From the NCBI GenBank assembly GCA_016288155.1, contig JAEEYP010000095.1:107-64106 (forward strand): DNA of 64,000 nucleotides, written 5' to 3'. A program made the translations under genes and the position numbers. Below, one piece after another: positions 50,293 to 58,007 of the stretch. A model generated the notes under the pieces. It saw only the letters and a list, made by a program, of their open reading frames with translations. It was not told the DNA's origin and searched no databases. The stretch is from Clostridiales bacterium. Lineage in GTDB: Bacteria; Bacillota; Clostridia; Oscillospirales; CAG-272. Position 1 is the stretch's first letter; the number at the start of each line of letters is the position of its first letter.

Positions 50293-50332
50293 CGCCGCAG
50301 GAGGGGATCTTCCCGCCCTGCGGCGCTTTTTT
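50293..50332. terminator. bidirectional terminator
   Basis: CGCCGCAGG...CCTGCGGCG stem followed by TTTTTTG on plus and GTTTTGTGTG on minus. Lies between the convergent barstar-like and RHH genes. Confidence 0.75.
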
Positions 50333-50352
50333 GCCTATTCGGAAGCGGGCCG

Positions 50353-50544
50353 TCACGCACAGCCGTCTCCGTCCCCCGGCGGGAGCTTTCCCCCCCGCCC
50401 GCGGCGGCGCACGCATTCCGTCAGCAGATACTCGATCTGCCCGTTCAGCGAGCGGAAGTCGTCCTCCGCCCACGCCGCGAGTGCCTCGTACAGCGCCGCG
50501 GACACGCGCAGCGGGATCTGCTTCTTTCCTTCCTTCTCCGCCAT
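50353..50544 (-). CDS. Arc/MetJ-type ribbon-helix-helix DNA-binding protein
   Basis: 63 aa. KKQIPLRVSAALYEALAAWAEDDFRSLNGQIEYLLTECVRRRG is the Arc-family pattern (beta strand, two helices). Confidence 0.7.
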   Translation of the reverse strand: MAEKEGKKQIPLRVSAALYEALAAWAEDDFRSLNGQIEYLLTECVRRRGRGGKLPPGDGDGCA

Positions 50545-50547
50545 GGA

Positions 50548-51564
50548 TCAGTACAGGCTGCCGGAGTTGAGGACCGGCTGCGCGTCCTTGTTTCCGCAGA
50601 GGACGACGAGCAGATTGGAGACCATCGCCGCCTTGCGCTCCTCGTCCAGCGTGACCATGCCGCCTTCATTCAGCTTGTTCAGCGCCATCTCGACCATGCC
50701 GACGGCGCCGTCCACGATCATCTTGCGGGCGTCGATCACGGCGGACGCCTGCTGCCGCTGGAGCATGACGGCGGCGATCTCCGGCGCGTACGCCAGGTAG
50801 GTGATCCGCGCCTCGACGATCTCCAGTCCCGCGTCGTCCACGCGCTTCTGGATCTCCTCGCGGATCCGCTGCGCCACGATCTCGCTCGAGCCGCGCAGCG
50901 AACCCTCGTCCGGCTCGCCGTCGCCCGTCGTATCGACGTTCTGCGCGACGTCGTACGGATACAGCCGGACGATATTGCGCAGCGCCGCGTCGCACTGGAG
51001 CGAAAGGAATTCCTTATAATTGTCCACGTTGAAGACGGCCTTCGCCGTGTCGGCGACGCGCCAGATCACGGCGATCCCGATCTCGACCGGGTTGCCGAGG
51101 CAGTCGTTGATCTTCTGCTTGTTGTTGTTCAGCGTCAGCATCTTGAGAGAGATCCGGCGGTCCGTCTGCGGCTGGCGGTTCGCCTGCGCGCCGACGGTGA
51201 GGACGGACTCCGCCTTCTGCTCGACGTCGCCGCTCTGGCGGAGCGCGGTGCGCGCCGCGGGATTCACGGAGATGCAGAAGGGATTCACCCAGTAGAAGCC
51301 CGCGCCCTTCAGCGTTCCGAGATACTTGCCGAACAGCGTCAGGACGAGCGCCTCCTGCGGTTTCAGCACGCGCAGCCCGAGCAGCGGGATCCAGCCGACG
51401 CACAGCCACACCAACCCGATCCCGAACAAAAGCCCGCCGATATCGCTCCCGCCTTCCATCTGCGTTCCGCCCGCTACGATGAATACGAAGGAAGCAAGGT
51501 ACAAAACGATCCACACGAACATCATGAGCATCCCGCTCGGCGCCCTGAGTTCTTTTTCTTTCAT
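50548..51564 (-). CDS. SPFH/band-7 domain membrane protein
   Basis: Start placed at MKEKELRAP (ATG 51564, SD GAGGAGGG). Two N-terminal TMs, then the SPFH core (LKPQEALVLTLFGKYLGT...; EIVEARITYLAYAPEIAAVMLQRQQA). Confidence 0.85.
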   Translation of the reverse strand: MKEKELRAPSGMLMMFVWIVLYLASFVFIVAGGTQMEGGSDIGGLLFGIGLVWLCVGWIPLLGLRVLKPQEALVLTLFGKYLGTLKGAGFYWVNPFCISVNPAARTALRQSGDVEQKAESVLTVGAQANRQPQTDRRISLKMLTLNNNKQKINDCLGNPVEIGIAVIWRVADTAKAVFNVDNYKEFLSLQCDAALRNIVRLYPYDVAQNVDTTGDGEPDEGSLRGSSEIVAQRIREEIQKRVDDAGLEIVEARITYLAYAPEIAAVMLQRQQASAVIDARKMIVDGAVGMVEMALNKLNEGGMVTLDEERKAAMVSNLLVVLCGNKDAQPVLNSGSLY

Positions 51565-51580
51565 GGTTGTTACCCTCCTC

Positions 51581-51596
51581 ATATTGATATCAATAT
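51581..51596. promoter_or_regulatory. perfect 16-bp palindrome, operator candidate
   Basis: ATATTGATATCAATAT overlaps the -10/+1 region of the SPFH-RHH promoter. Confidence 0.55.
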
Positions 51597-51623
51597 GATA
51601 TCACAATAAGTCTCCTCGTGCAA
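51595..51623 (-). promoter_or_regulatory. candidate sigma-A promoter of the SPFH-RHH operon
   Basis: Minus strand: TTGCAC, 17-nt spacer, TGaTATCAT. Confidence 0.55.
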
Positions 51624-51683
51624 GAGGAGCGGCAGATCGTTTACAAATTATTTACAAACTCGGTCTCTCTTCCCTGCGGAGGC

Positions 51684-51720
51684 AAAAAAAGACAGGACGG
51701 ACCGTTTCGTCCGTCCTGTC
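51684..51720 (-). terminator. rho-independent terminator of the sugar-type operon
   Basis: Minus strand: GACAGGACGGAC-GAAACG-GTCCGTCCTGTC followed by TTTTTTT. Confidence 0.9.
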
Positions 51721-51742
51721 AGAGGTCTGCGGATCTTTCCCG

Positions 51743-53077
51743 TTACGCCTGCGCCGGCCGCACGCACCGGATGCCGAGCATGGCGGCAAGCCGCTCGAGA
51801 TCGTCCGTGACGTCGCCGTAGCAGACCGCGTAATGCTGCCCGGCGAAACTGCCGAAGAGCTGTTCCATCGGGCAGTCCGGGGTGATGTCGAGCGACGGGA
51901 AGCGCCCGCAGCGCATCTTCGAGGAGGCGAGCCCCTCACCCGTCGTGCAGACGATATGGTACGTCCCGACGTCCTCCACGAGCCGCGCAAGCGTCACGCG
52001 CCCCGGCTTCATCGTAAAGGAATTCATCAGTCCGGTGAACCCCGGCGTGTCGAAGACGTTGACCGTCGGCGCACAGCCCGCGAGCTGATACGGCATGAAG
52101 CCGCAGGGAGAAAGTTTCAGCGTGCTCCCGCTGTGGGTGATCGCGTCCCCGTAGGAAACGACCTGCCCGGTCAGATACTGCAGTATGAGCATCGACACGG
52201 TACAGAGGATATCCCCCTCGCAGGAGGTAACGAAGGACTGTGACGCCGCAAGCGACAGCGGGACGCAGACCGTCATGCCATATTCCTTGGAGAATTCGTA
52301 CTGGCACTTGACGTTGATCGCGTCCAGCTTCGTCTCCCGCCGCAGCTCCTCAATCGCCAGATAGAGCCCCATCGCCTTCTCCAGCATCTCCGGTCGGACG
52401 TCGGCGGCGCACGCCGCACGGCTTTTGAGGAGCGCGGCCGCGGCGGCCTTTTCCTCCGCCGTGAACCGTTCCGCGCGGCGGATGAGCGAATAGCTGTCGC
52501 TCTGCTCGATCTCCGGGCCGATGAGCCAGCGCATGAGCACGTGGTCGAAGGTCCCGGTATAAATGGACATGGAAGTATAGCCGACGAGCCCGATCTTCGC
52601 GCGTCCCAGCCGGCGCTTTGCCGCGGCGGCACGGCAGAAGGAGAGCACGCTCTCCGGGGCCGTCCCGTCCTCCGGCATGCCGACCGCCTCGGCGAACGGA
52701 ACGGAGATCCGCGCGAGCACGCCGCGGAACATGACGTGGGAAACGTAGGAACCGGTGCTCTTCTCCGCGCCGCCCTCCCCGGTCATGGGAACGCTCCAGA
52801 GCAAAAGCGGCAGATTCTTCAGTTCATACACGGCGCTCATCGCGAGCGGGCACTCGATCCACGACGCAAAGAAGAGGATCACGCCGGCACAGCCGGCGCC
52901 GAGCAGCCGTCCCGCCTCCTCGGCGGCCGATGCGGAATCGGTGACGAGTTTTCCCGAATATGAAACGGAGACGCCTCTGTTCCGGAGCGCTTCGGACGCC
53001 GACGCGGCGAAAGACGCCGCCTGCCCGTCCAGTACGTAATCCGGGTGCGCCAGGGCGAGAAATCCGATGGTTTCCAT
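51743..53077 (-). CDS. L-fucose/L-arabinose isomerase family protein (substrate unknown)
   Basis: Start placed at METIGFLALAHPDY (ATG 53077), giving 444 aa. Overall pattern matches short FucI/AraA-like isomerases. Confidence 0.55.
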   Translation of the reverse strand: METIGFLALAHPDYVLDGQAASFAASASEALRNRGVSVSYSGKLVTDSASAAEEAGRLLGAGCAGVILFFASWIECPLAMSAVYELKNLPLLLWSVPMTGEGGAEKSTGSYVSHVMFRGVLARISVPFAEAVGMPEDGTAPESVLSFCRAAAAKRRLGRAKIGLVGYTSMSIYTGTFDHVLMRWLIGPEIEQSDSYSLIRRAERFTAEEKAAAAALLKSRAACAADVRPEMLEKAMGLYLAIEELRRETKLDAINVKCQYEFSKEYGMTVCVPLSLAASQSFVTSCEGDILCTVSMLILQYLTGQVVSYGDAITHSGSTLKLSPCGFMPYQLAGCAPTVNVFDTPGFTGLMNSFTMKPGRVTLARLVEDVGTYHIVCTTGEGLASSKMRCGRFPSLDITPDCPMEQLFGSFAGQHYAVCYGDVTDDLERLAAMLGIRCVRPAQA

Positions 53078-53120
53078 AATATCATCCTTTCCCGGTCCGC
53101 GCCGCGGACCGTCGGGCGTT

Positions 53121-54551
53121 TCACTCAGCGTACCGTTGTCCCGCGCGATAGGCGTCGTACACGCCGCCGTCGCCGCAGGGCGTATACCGCGTCCTGCCGG
53201 ACGGCATGACAAAGCCGTCCGCCTCACCCCCGCGGGAGGCGGCGAACGCCGCTTTGGCGGCGCCGAAGGCGGCGATCTCCGAAAAATCCATGACTTCGAG
53301 CGGGATCCCGGCGATATCGCACAGGATCCGGCAGAGGATCCGGCTCCGGCTCCCGCCGCCGAAGACGCGCAGCGTCTCCACGGCAGCGCCCGCCTCGCGC
53401 ATCGCGTCGAGGTTGGCGCGCACCTCGCAGGCGAGCCCCTCGTACAGCGCGCGGATCAGGCATCCCCGGTCCGCAGCGAGCGTCAGATTACTCCACCCCG
53501 CCACGGGCGAGGTGCCGAAGTGCGGCGTGCTGACGCCGGAGAGATGCGGGTAGAACCGCACGCCGCCGCTCCCGGCGGGAGCCGTCTCGGCGAGGCGGTC
53601 CATCTCCGCGTAGGTGAGACCGCAGAAGACGTTGTCCCGCGCCCATCGGATCGCGGCGCCGAACGTATTGACGCACGCCTCGAGCGTATACGATACGCAT
53701 CCCGGCACCCGGAAGACGAAGGTCGGCAGTACCGCCGACGGGCGGCTGCACAGCACCTCCGCGGCGCCCGCGGTGCCGAGCGACAGCGTGACTGTCCCTT
53801 CTTCGATCTCCGCGCCGTAGGCGGAGATCTTCTGATCCTGCGCGCCGACGGCGACGAGCGTCCCCGCACCGAGCCCCGTCAGCCGCTGCGACTCCGCGTT
53901 CAGATACCCAGCGGGCGTGCAGCTCGGCGCGATCCGCGCGAGTTTTTCTTCCGGCACGCCGAACGCGCGGCAGAGCTCTGCGCTCCATCCCTCTTCCGCG
54001 AGGTCGTACAGCATCGTCCCGCCCGCCATCGTCGGATCGGTGACGGCGCAGCCGCACAGCCGCGCCGTCAGATATTCGAGCGGCATGAGAAAATGCGCGG
54101 CGTCCCGGAACGCGTCCGGTTCGTGCCGCTTCAGCCAAAGGAGCTTCGGGAGCGTGTACAGAGCCGAGGCGTGCTTGCCCGTCCGGGCGAACCACGCCTC
54201 CTCCGGCATCGCCGCGAGCATATCGGAAAGCTCCGCCTCCGCCCGCGCGTCCAGCCAGCTGACACCGTCCCGCAGCGGACGGAAATCCCCGTCCGTCGGC
54301 ACGACGGAGATCCCCTGCGAGGAGATCCCGATCGCCCGCACGGCGGCCGGATCGATCCCGGTGCACACTTCGCACATGAGCGCGCAGGGGATCTCATACC
54401 AGCATTCCGGCGACTGCTCGATCTCACCTTGCCGCGGATAAAGCAGCGGGACCTCCCGGGACGCCGTGCCGCAAAGCGCGCCCGTTTCGTCGAAGAGCGC
54501 CGCCTTCACGGCGGTCGTCCCGAGATCCACGCCGATATAATAGGTCGTCAT
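53121..54551 (-). CDS. FGGY-family carbohydrate kinase (xylulokinase-like)
   Basis: Start placed at MTTYYIGVDLGTTAVKAALFDETG (ATG 54551). Also GGGSRSRILCRILCDIAG and FGAAKAAF. ATGA overlap with the upstream gene. Confidence 0.85.
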   Translation of the reverse strand: MTTYYIGVDLGTTAVKAALFDETGALCGTASREVPLLYPRQGEIEQSPECWYEIPCALMCEVCTGIDPAAVRAIGISSQGISVVPTDGDFRPLRDGVSWLDARAEAELSDMLAAMPEEAWFARTGKHASALYTLPKLLWLKRHEPDAFRDAAHFLMPLEYLTARLCGCAVTDPTMAGGTMLYDLAEEGWSAELCRAFGVPEEKLARIAPSCTPAGYLNAESQRLTGLGAGTLVAVGAQDQKISAYGAEIEEGTVTLSLGTAGAAEVLCSRPSAVLPTFVFRVPGCVSYTLEACVNTFGAAIRWARDNVFCGLTYAEMDRLAETAPAGSGGVRFYPHLSGVSTPHFGTSPVAGWSNLTLAADRGCLIRALYEGLACEVRANLDAMREAGAAVETLRVFGGGSRSRILCRILCDIAGIPLEVMDFSEIAAFGAAKAAFAASRGGEADGFVMPSGRTRYTPCGDGGVYDAYRAGQRYAE

Positions 54552-55879
54552 GCGCCGAACACTTCCCGGATCAGGTCGAGCGCCGTCGACGCGACGGTGT
54601 CGCCGAAGCCGGGCGCCAGCATGCAGTTCCCCGCCTCGTAGCCGTCCTCCTCGTACGCCTCGTCGTTGACGCAGTAGCCGGGGAGGCACCCGTCGGCGAG
54701 GCAGAAGACGAAGGTATGCGCGGCGGTCCGGTCGGCGCGGATCTTCAGAGCATACTGAACGAACATCTCGCCCGGACAGCCGACGATCACATTGTCTCCG
54801 ACGCGGAACGCGGCGATCTCCGCCGGTCCCTCGTCGTCCTGCAGATCGATCCGTTTCCCGTCCCGCACGCAGAGCGCGTAGCCGAGCATGTCCTCCGCGC
54901 CGAGCACGCGGAGATTCGCGTTCTGCACGTCCAGATAGGACGCGCCCTCCGCTTTGAGCCGTTCGTACTCGCGGGTACGGACGCGCACCTTCTCCTCCAG
55001 CTCCGCGATCGGCGGATACGTCCGGATCGGGATCGGGATCTCGCGGTACGCGTGCGCGAGCGTCGGCGCGTCCGTGAAGCGCATCCCTTCGATCGCCTCC
55101 CGCGCCGCGCGTCCCATGATCCGCCCGACGCGTTCCGCCTCGTCAAAGGACTGTCCCTGCCGGAAATAGCGGGAACTCTGGTCGCCGGACGCGCCCTGCG
55201 CAAAGCCGACGACGGCGTCGGGATACGCCGCGGTGAGCTCCGCTCTCAGATAATGCGGATAATCGCTCGACACGAGCGTGCTGTCCTCGTGCAGAAACGT
55301 CGGATGGAGCGCGTAGTTGGCGATGACGCCGCACACGCGTCCTTCCGCGTCCCGCACGGCGATCACGTTCACGAACGGATCCGTGATCCCGCCGCGGTGC
55401 TGGCGGTTGCCGCCGACGCCGGACTCCGCGCCGCACCGCGCGCTGCCGAAGCCGATCTCCGCCGGGAAAGCGGACGCTTTCGCCTCCGTCACGGAGGCGG
55501 CGATCTTCTCAAGCAGGGATGCAAGGTAATCGGGATCGATGTCCCTGCTGTCGCCGAAGGTGGCGTCCATCTCCGGATTCCCCGCCGCCCACGGCCCGGA
55601 ATGGGTGTGGGAGCAACAGACCATGACGTTCTTTTCCGGGATGCCGCAGGCGGCGCGGATCTTTTTCCGCACCTCGGCGGCGTATTTCTTCGAGAAAAAG
55701 AGGATATCGAGCGTGGAGAAGGAAAACTCCGTCTCCCCGTCGCTCAGATACAGCGTGGTCACGCAGAGCGGGTCGTGGCATCCCGTGTTCTCGCGCGGGA
55801 AATGCGGGTACCCCGCGAGCCGCACGCCGGGCGGCGGCGTGATATCGAACTGGCAAACGCCTGCCGAAAGCCGTTTCAT
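54548..55879 (-). CDS. neutral/alkaline ceramidase N-terminal-domain-like hydrolase (function unknown)
   Basis: 443 aa. The pattern GVCQFDITPPPGVRLAGY...DPLCVTTLYLSDG...VMVCCSHTHSGP is typical of this family. Confidence 0.55.
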   Translation of the reverse strand: MKRLSAGVCQFDITPPPGVRLAGYPHFPRENTGCHDPLCVTTLYLSDGETEFSFSTLDILFFSKKYAAEVRKKIRAACGIPEKNVMVCCSHTHSGPWAAGNPEMDATFGDSRDIDPDYLASLLEKIAASVTEAKASAFPAEIGFGSARCGAESGVGGNRQHRGGITDPFVNVIAVRDAEGRVCGVIANYALHPTFLHEDSTLVSSDYPHYLRAELTAAYPDAVVGFAQGASGDQSSRYFRQGQSFDEAERVGRIMGRAAREAIEGMRFTDAPTLAHAYREIPIPIRTYPPIAELEEKVRVRTREYERLKAEGASYLDVQNANLRVLGAEDMLGYALCVRDGKRIDLQDDEGPAEIAAFRVGDNVIVGCPGEMFVQYALKIRADRTAAHTFVFCLADGCLPGYCVNDEAYEEDGYEAGNCMLAPGFGDTVASTALDLIREVFGA

Positions 55880-55892
55880 CTCGGATCCCTCC

Positions 55893-56606
55893 TCACGCGG
55901 CGCCGCCCGGATGCATCTCGTCCCACGCGCGCCGCAGATTGTACAGCATCTCTTCGACCATCGCGTACGGATCCGCCGCCTTCATGATTCCGCTCGTAGA
56001 GCCCGTCGCCATCGCGCCGAGGCGGATCGTGTCGTACACGTCGCGCCCGTTCGATATGCCGGCGCCCTGGAGCACCATGATATCCGGATTGATCTCATGC
56101 ACCGCGCGGATCGTCGCTCTGACGTAGTTTTCCCCGGCGGTCTCGCCCGTGCCGATCAGCTCCGTCGGCTCCGCGACGAGCAGATTCGGCGACAGGCGGG
56201 CGCACGCCTCGAGTTCCTCGACGGAATCGGCGCAGACGATCGTCGCCAGTCCCACCTCGTCCGCGCGCGCGATCGTTTTGGCGACGGCGTCGAGCGTCAG
56301 CTTCTTCTCCGCGTGGTTGAGCATCACGCCGACCGCGCCGGCCGCCTTCACCGCCTCCGGGAGCACGGAGCCGAGTCCCCGTCCGACGGGCAGATAATCC
56401 ATATGCTGCGCGTAGACGTGGATCCTCTCCGTATTCTCCGCGAGCAGGCGGATATCCGTGTACTGCGGCGTGACGATCACGTCGAGATCGTACTTCATCG
56501 CCGTGCGGTCGATCACCTTCGCCAGAGCGAGCATCCTCTCCCCGTACAGGTACGCCTTCGGGCCGATCTCGAAAAAGGGCGGGGAGATCTTGTAGTCCTT
56601 ATACAT
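55893..56606 (-). CDS. triose-phosphate isomerase family protein (short archaeal-like type)
   Basis: 237 aa. GVMLNHAEKK and LVAEPTELIGTG correspond to the NHSE and EPPELIGTG motifs of archaeal TIM. Confidence 0.6.
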   Translation of the reverse strand: MYKDYKISPPFFEIGPKAYLYGERMLALAKVIDRTAMKYDLDVIVTPQYTDIRLLAENTERIHVYAQHMDYLPVGRGLGSVLPEAVKAAGAVGVMLNHAEKKLTLDAVAKTIARADEVGLATIVCADSVEELEACARLSPNLLVAEPTELIGTGETAGENYVRATIRAVHEINPDIMVLQGAGISNGRDVYDTIRLGAMATGSTSGIMKAADPYAMVEEMLYNLRRAWDEMHPGGAA

Positions 56607-56609
56607 GGC

Positions 56610-57239
56610 TTACCGCTTCTGCTGGAGCGTATAGTGGACGTCGTACGCCTTCTCCTCGTCGGTGTACTTGCGCAGCGTGTTGATGACCTCGCCGCCGTTC
56701 CACTTGCGGTCCTCCACGTCGTCCGTCGTGCCCATGACCGTGATGTTGAGCTGACGATGGCGCGCGCGCACCTGATCCCAGTCCACGAAGTAGATATGCG
56801 CGAACTCGCCGCCGTCGAGAACGCCGTCCTTGATCGTCATCGTCTCGCTGCGGCCGAAGAAGACGGAGCGCAGATGCCCGTCGGTGTTCAGGCTCGTGAA
56901 GTCGCCGGGCTCGTTGACGTAGCGGCCGAACTGCGTGTGGATCGGGCCGGGATGGCGGTATTCGTTGTCCTCGGAGAAATTCGGGACGAGCTTCTTCATG
57001 ATGTCGAGCAGATCGTGCTGGAGATATTCGAGATCGTACTTATCGATATCGTGCGAGCACTCCTGGATCATGACGGAGCAGGTCGTGTGGTGAGACGCGA
57101 TGCAGACCGTCCCGTTCTTGATCCCGGACGCCTGCACGATCTCGATCACTTCCTTCGACACGTCGTGGAACGTCGGGATCCACCCTCTCGACTGCAGCTC
57201 CAGTTCCTTCTGATACACTTTGAATTCCATGCCGTTCAC
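56610..57239 (-). CDS. YjbQ/UPF0047 family protein with C-terminal extension
   Basis: 209 aa. NGTVCIASHHTTCSVMIQE and NTDGHLRSVFFGRSETMTIKDG follow the YjbQ pattern. GTG 57239 or ATG 57230 as start. Confidence 0.6.
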   Translation of the reverse strand: MNGMEFKVYQKELELQSRGWIPTFHDVSKEVIEIVQASGIKNGTVCIASHHTTCSVMIQECSHDIDKYDLEYLQHDLLDIMKKLVPNFSEDNEYRHPGPIHTQFGRYVNEPGDFTSLNTDGHLRSVFFGRSETMTIKDGVLDGGEFAHIYFVDWDQVRARHRQLNITVMGTTDDVEDRKWNGGEVINTLRKYTDEEKAYDVHYTLQQKR

Positions 57240-57309
57240 CCTGTATGATGCGCCGCATCATACCCTTTCTGAATTATGGTCCTTGAGGAGATCCTCATTT
57301 GCCGTCACC

Positions 57310-57338
57310 ATTATATCATATCTTTCCCGCGCGCGCAA
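57310..57338 (-). promoter_or_regulatory. candidate sigma-A promoter of the sugar-type operon
   Basis: Minus strand: TTGCGC, 17-nt spacer, TGaTATAAT. Confidence 0.6.
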
Positions 57339-57402
57339 CCGGAAAGACGAAAATCTTCGGTTTTTCTGACGATTCTATTCGTTCCCGCCGCGAACGGCGC
57401 GG

Positions 57403-57431
57403 TTGACAGGAGCGCGGTTCCGTGCTACAAT
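57403..57431 (+). promoter_or_regulatory. candidate sigma-A promoter of GNAT plus the 477-aa gene
   Basis: TTGACA, 17-nt spacer, TGcTACAAT. A compound GC hairpin follows in the leader (57441-57492). Confidence 0.65.
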
Positions 57432-57518
57432 ATAGGCGGCATCCCCCGCGCGGCGCGCACCGGACGGTCGCCGACCGTCCCCGCCGCGCGGCAGGCAAAA
57501 GAAAGGAACGACAAAAGC

Positions 57519-57998
57519 ATGAGCGAATACGCAGAGAACGGACTTCCGATCCGCCCCGTCACCGGAGAGGATCTCGACCGGATCGAAGAATTCTTCGCCG
57601 TCATGGGCGGCGAGACCCGCGCTTTTTTCAACAGGAACGGATGGAATCACGATACCGCCGTCGCCTACTGCAAAAAACCGGATCCCGCGTTCAGGTATTT
57701 TCTGGCGGAGGCGGACGGGCGCGTGGCCGGCATCGTCTTTCTGTGGGGCATGAACACCTCCATCCCCTGGATGGGGATCGCCGTCCGCGACGACATGAAG
57801 GGGAAGCACGTCGGGCGGCAGCTGATCGCTTACGTACAAAAGTACGCGCGGGAACAGGGCAAGGGCGGTATCCAGCTCACGACGCACGTCGCCAATCTGC
57901 GCGGGCAGGCGCTCTACGAGGCGATGGGCTTCGAGATGATCGGCATCCACGGCGCGTCGAACGAGTTCTTTTATCTGTTCCGGTACAGGGACGAATGA
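57519..57998 (+). CDS. GNAT family N-acetyltransferase
   Basis: Start placed at ATG 57519, giving 159 aa. AcCoA motif MGIAVRDDMKGKHVGRQLIAYVQKYAREQG...ALYEAMGFE. Confidence 0.8.
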   Translation: MSEYAENGLPIRPVTGEDLDRIEEFFAVMGGETRAFFNRNGWNHDTAVAYCKKPDPAFRYFLAEADGRVAGIVFLWGMNTSIPWMGIAVRDDMKGKHVGRQLIAYVQKYAREQGKGGIQLTTHVANLRGQALYEAMGFEMIGIHGASNEFFYLFRYRDE

Positions 57999-58007
57999 GG
58001 GCGGGAT

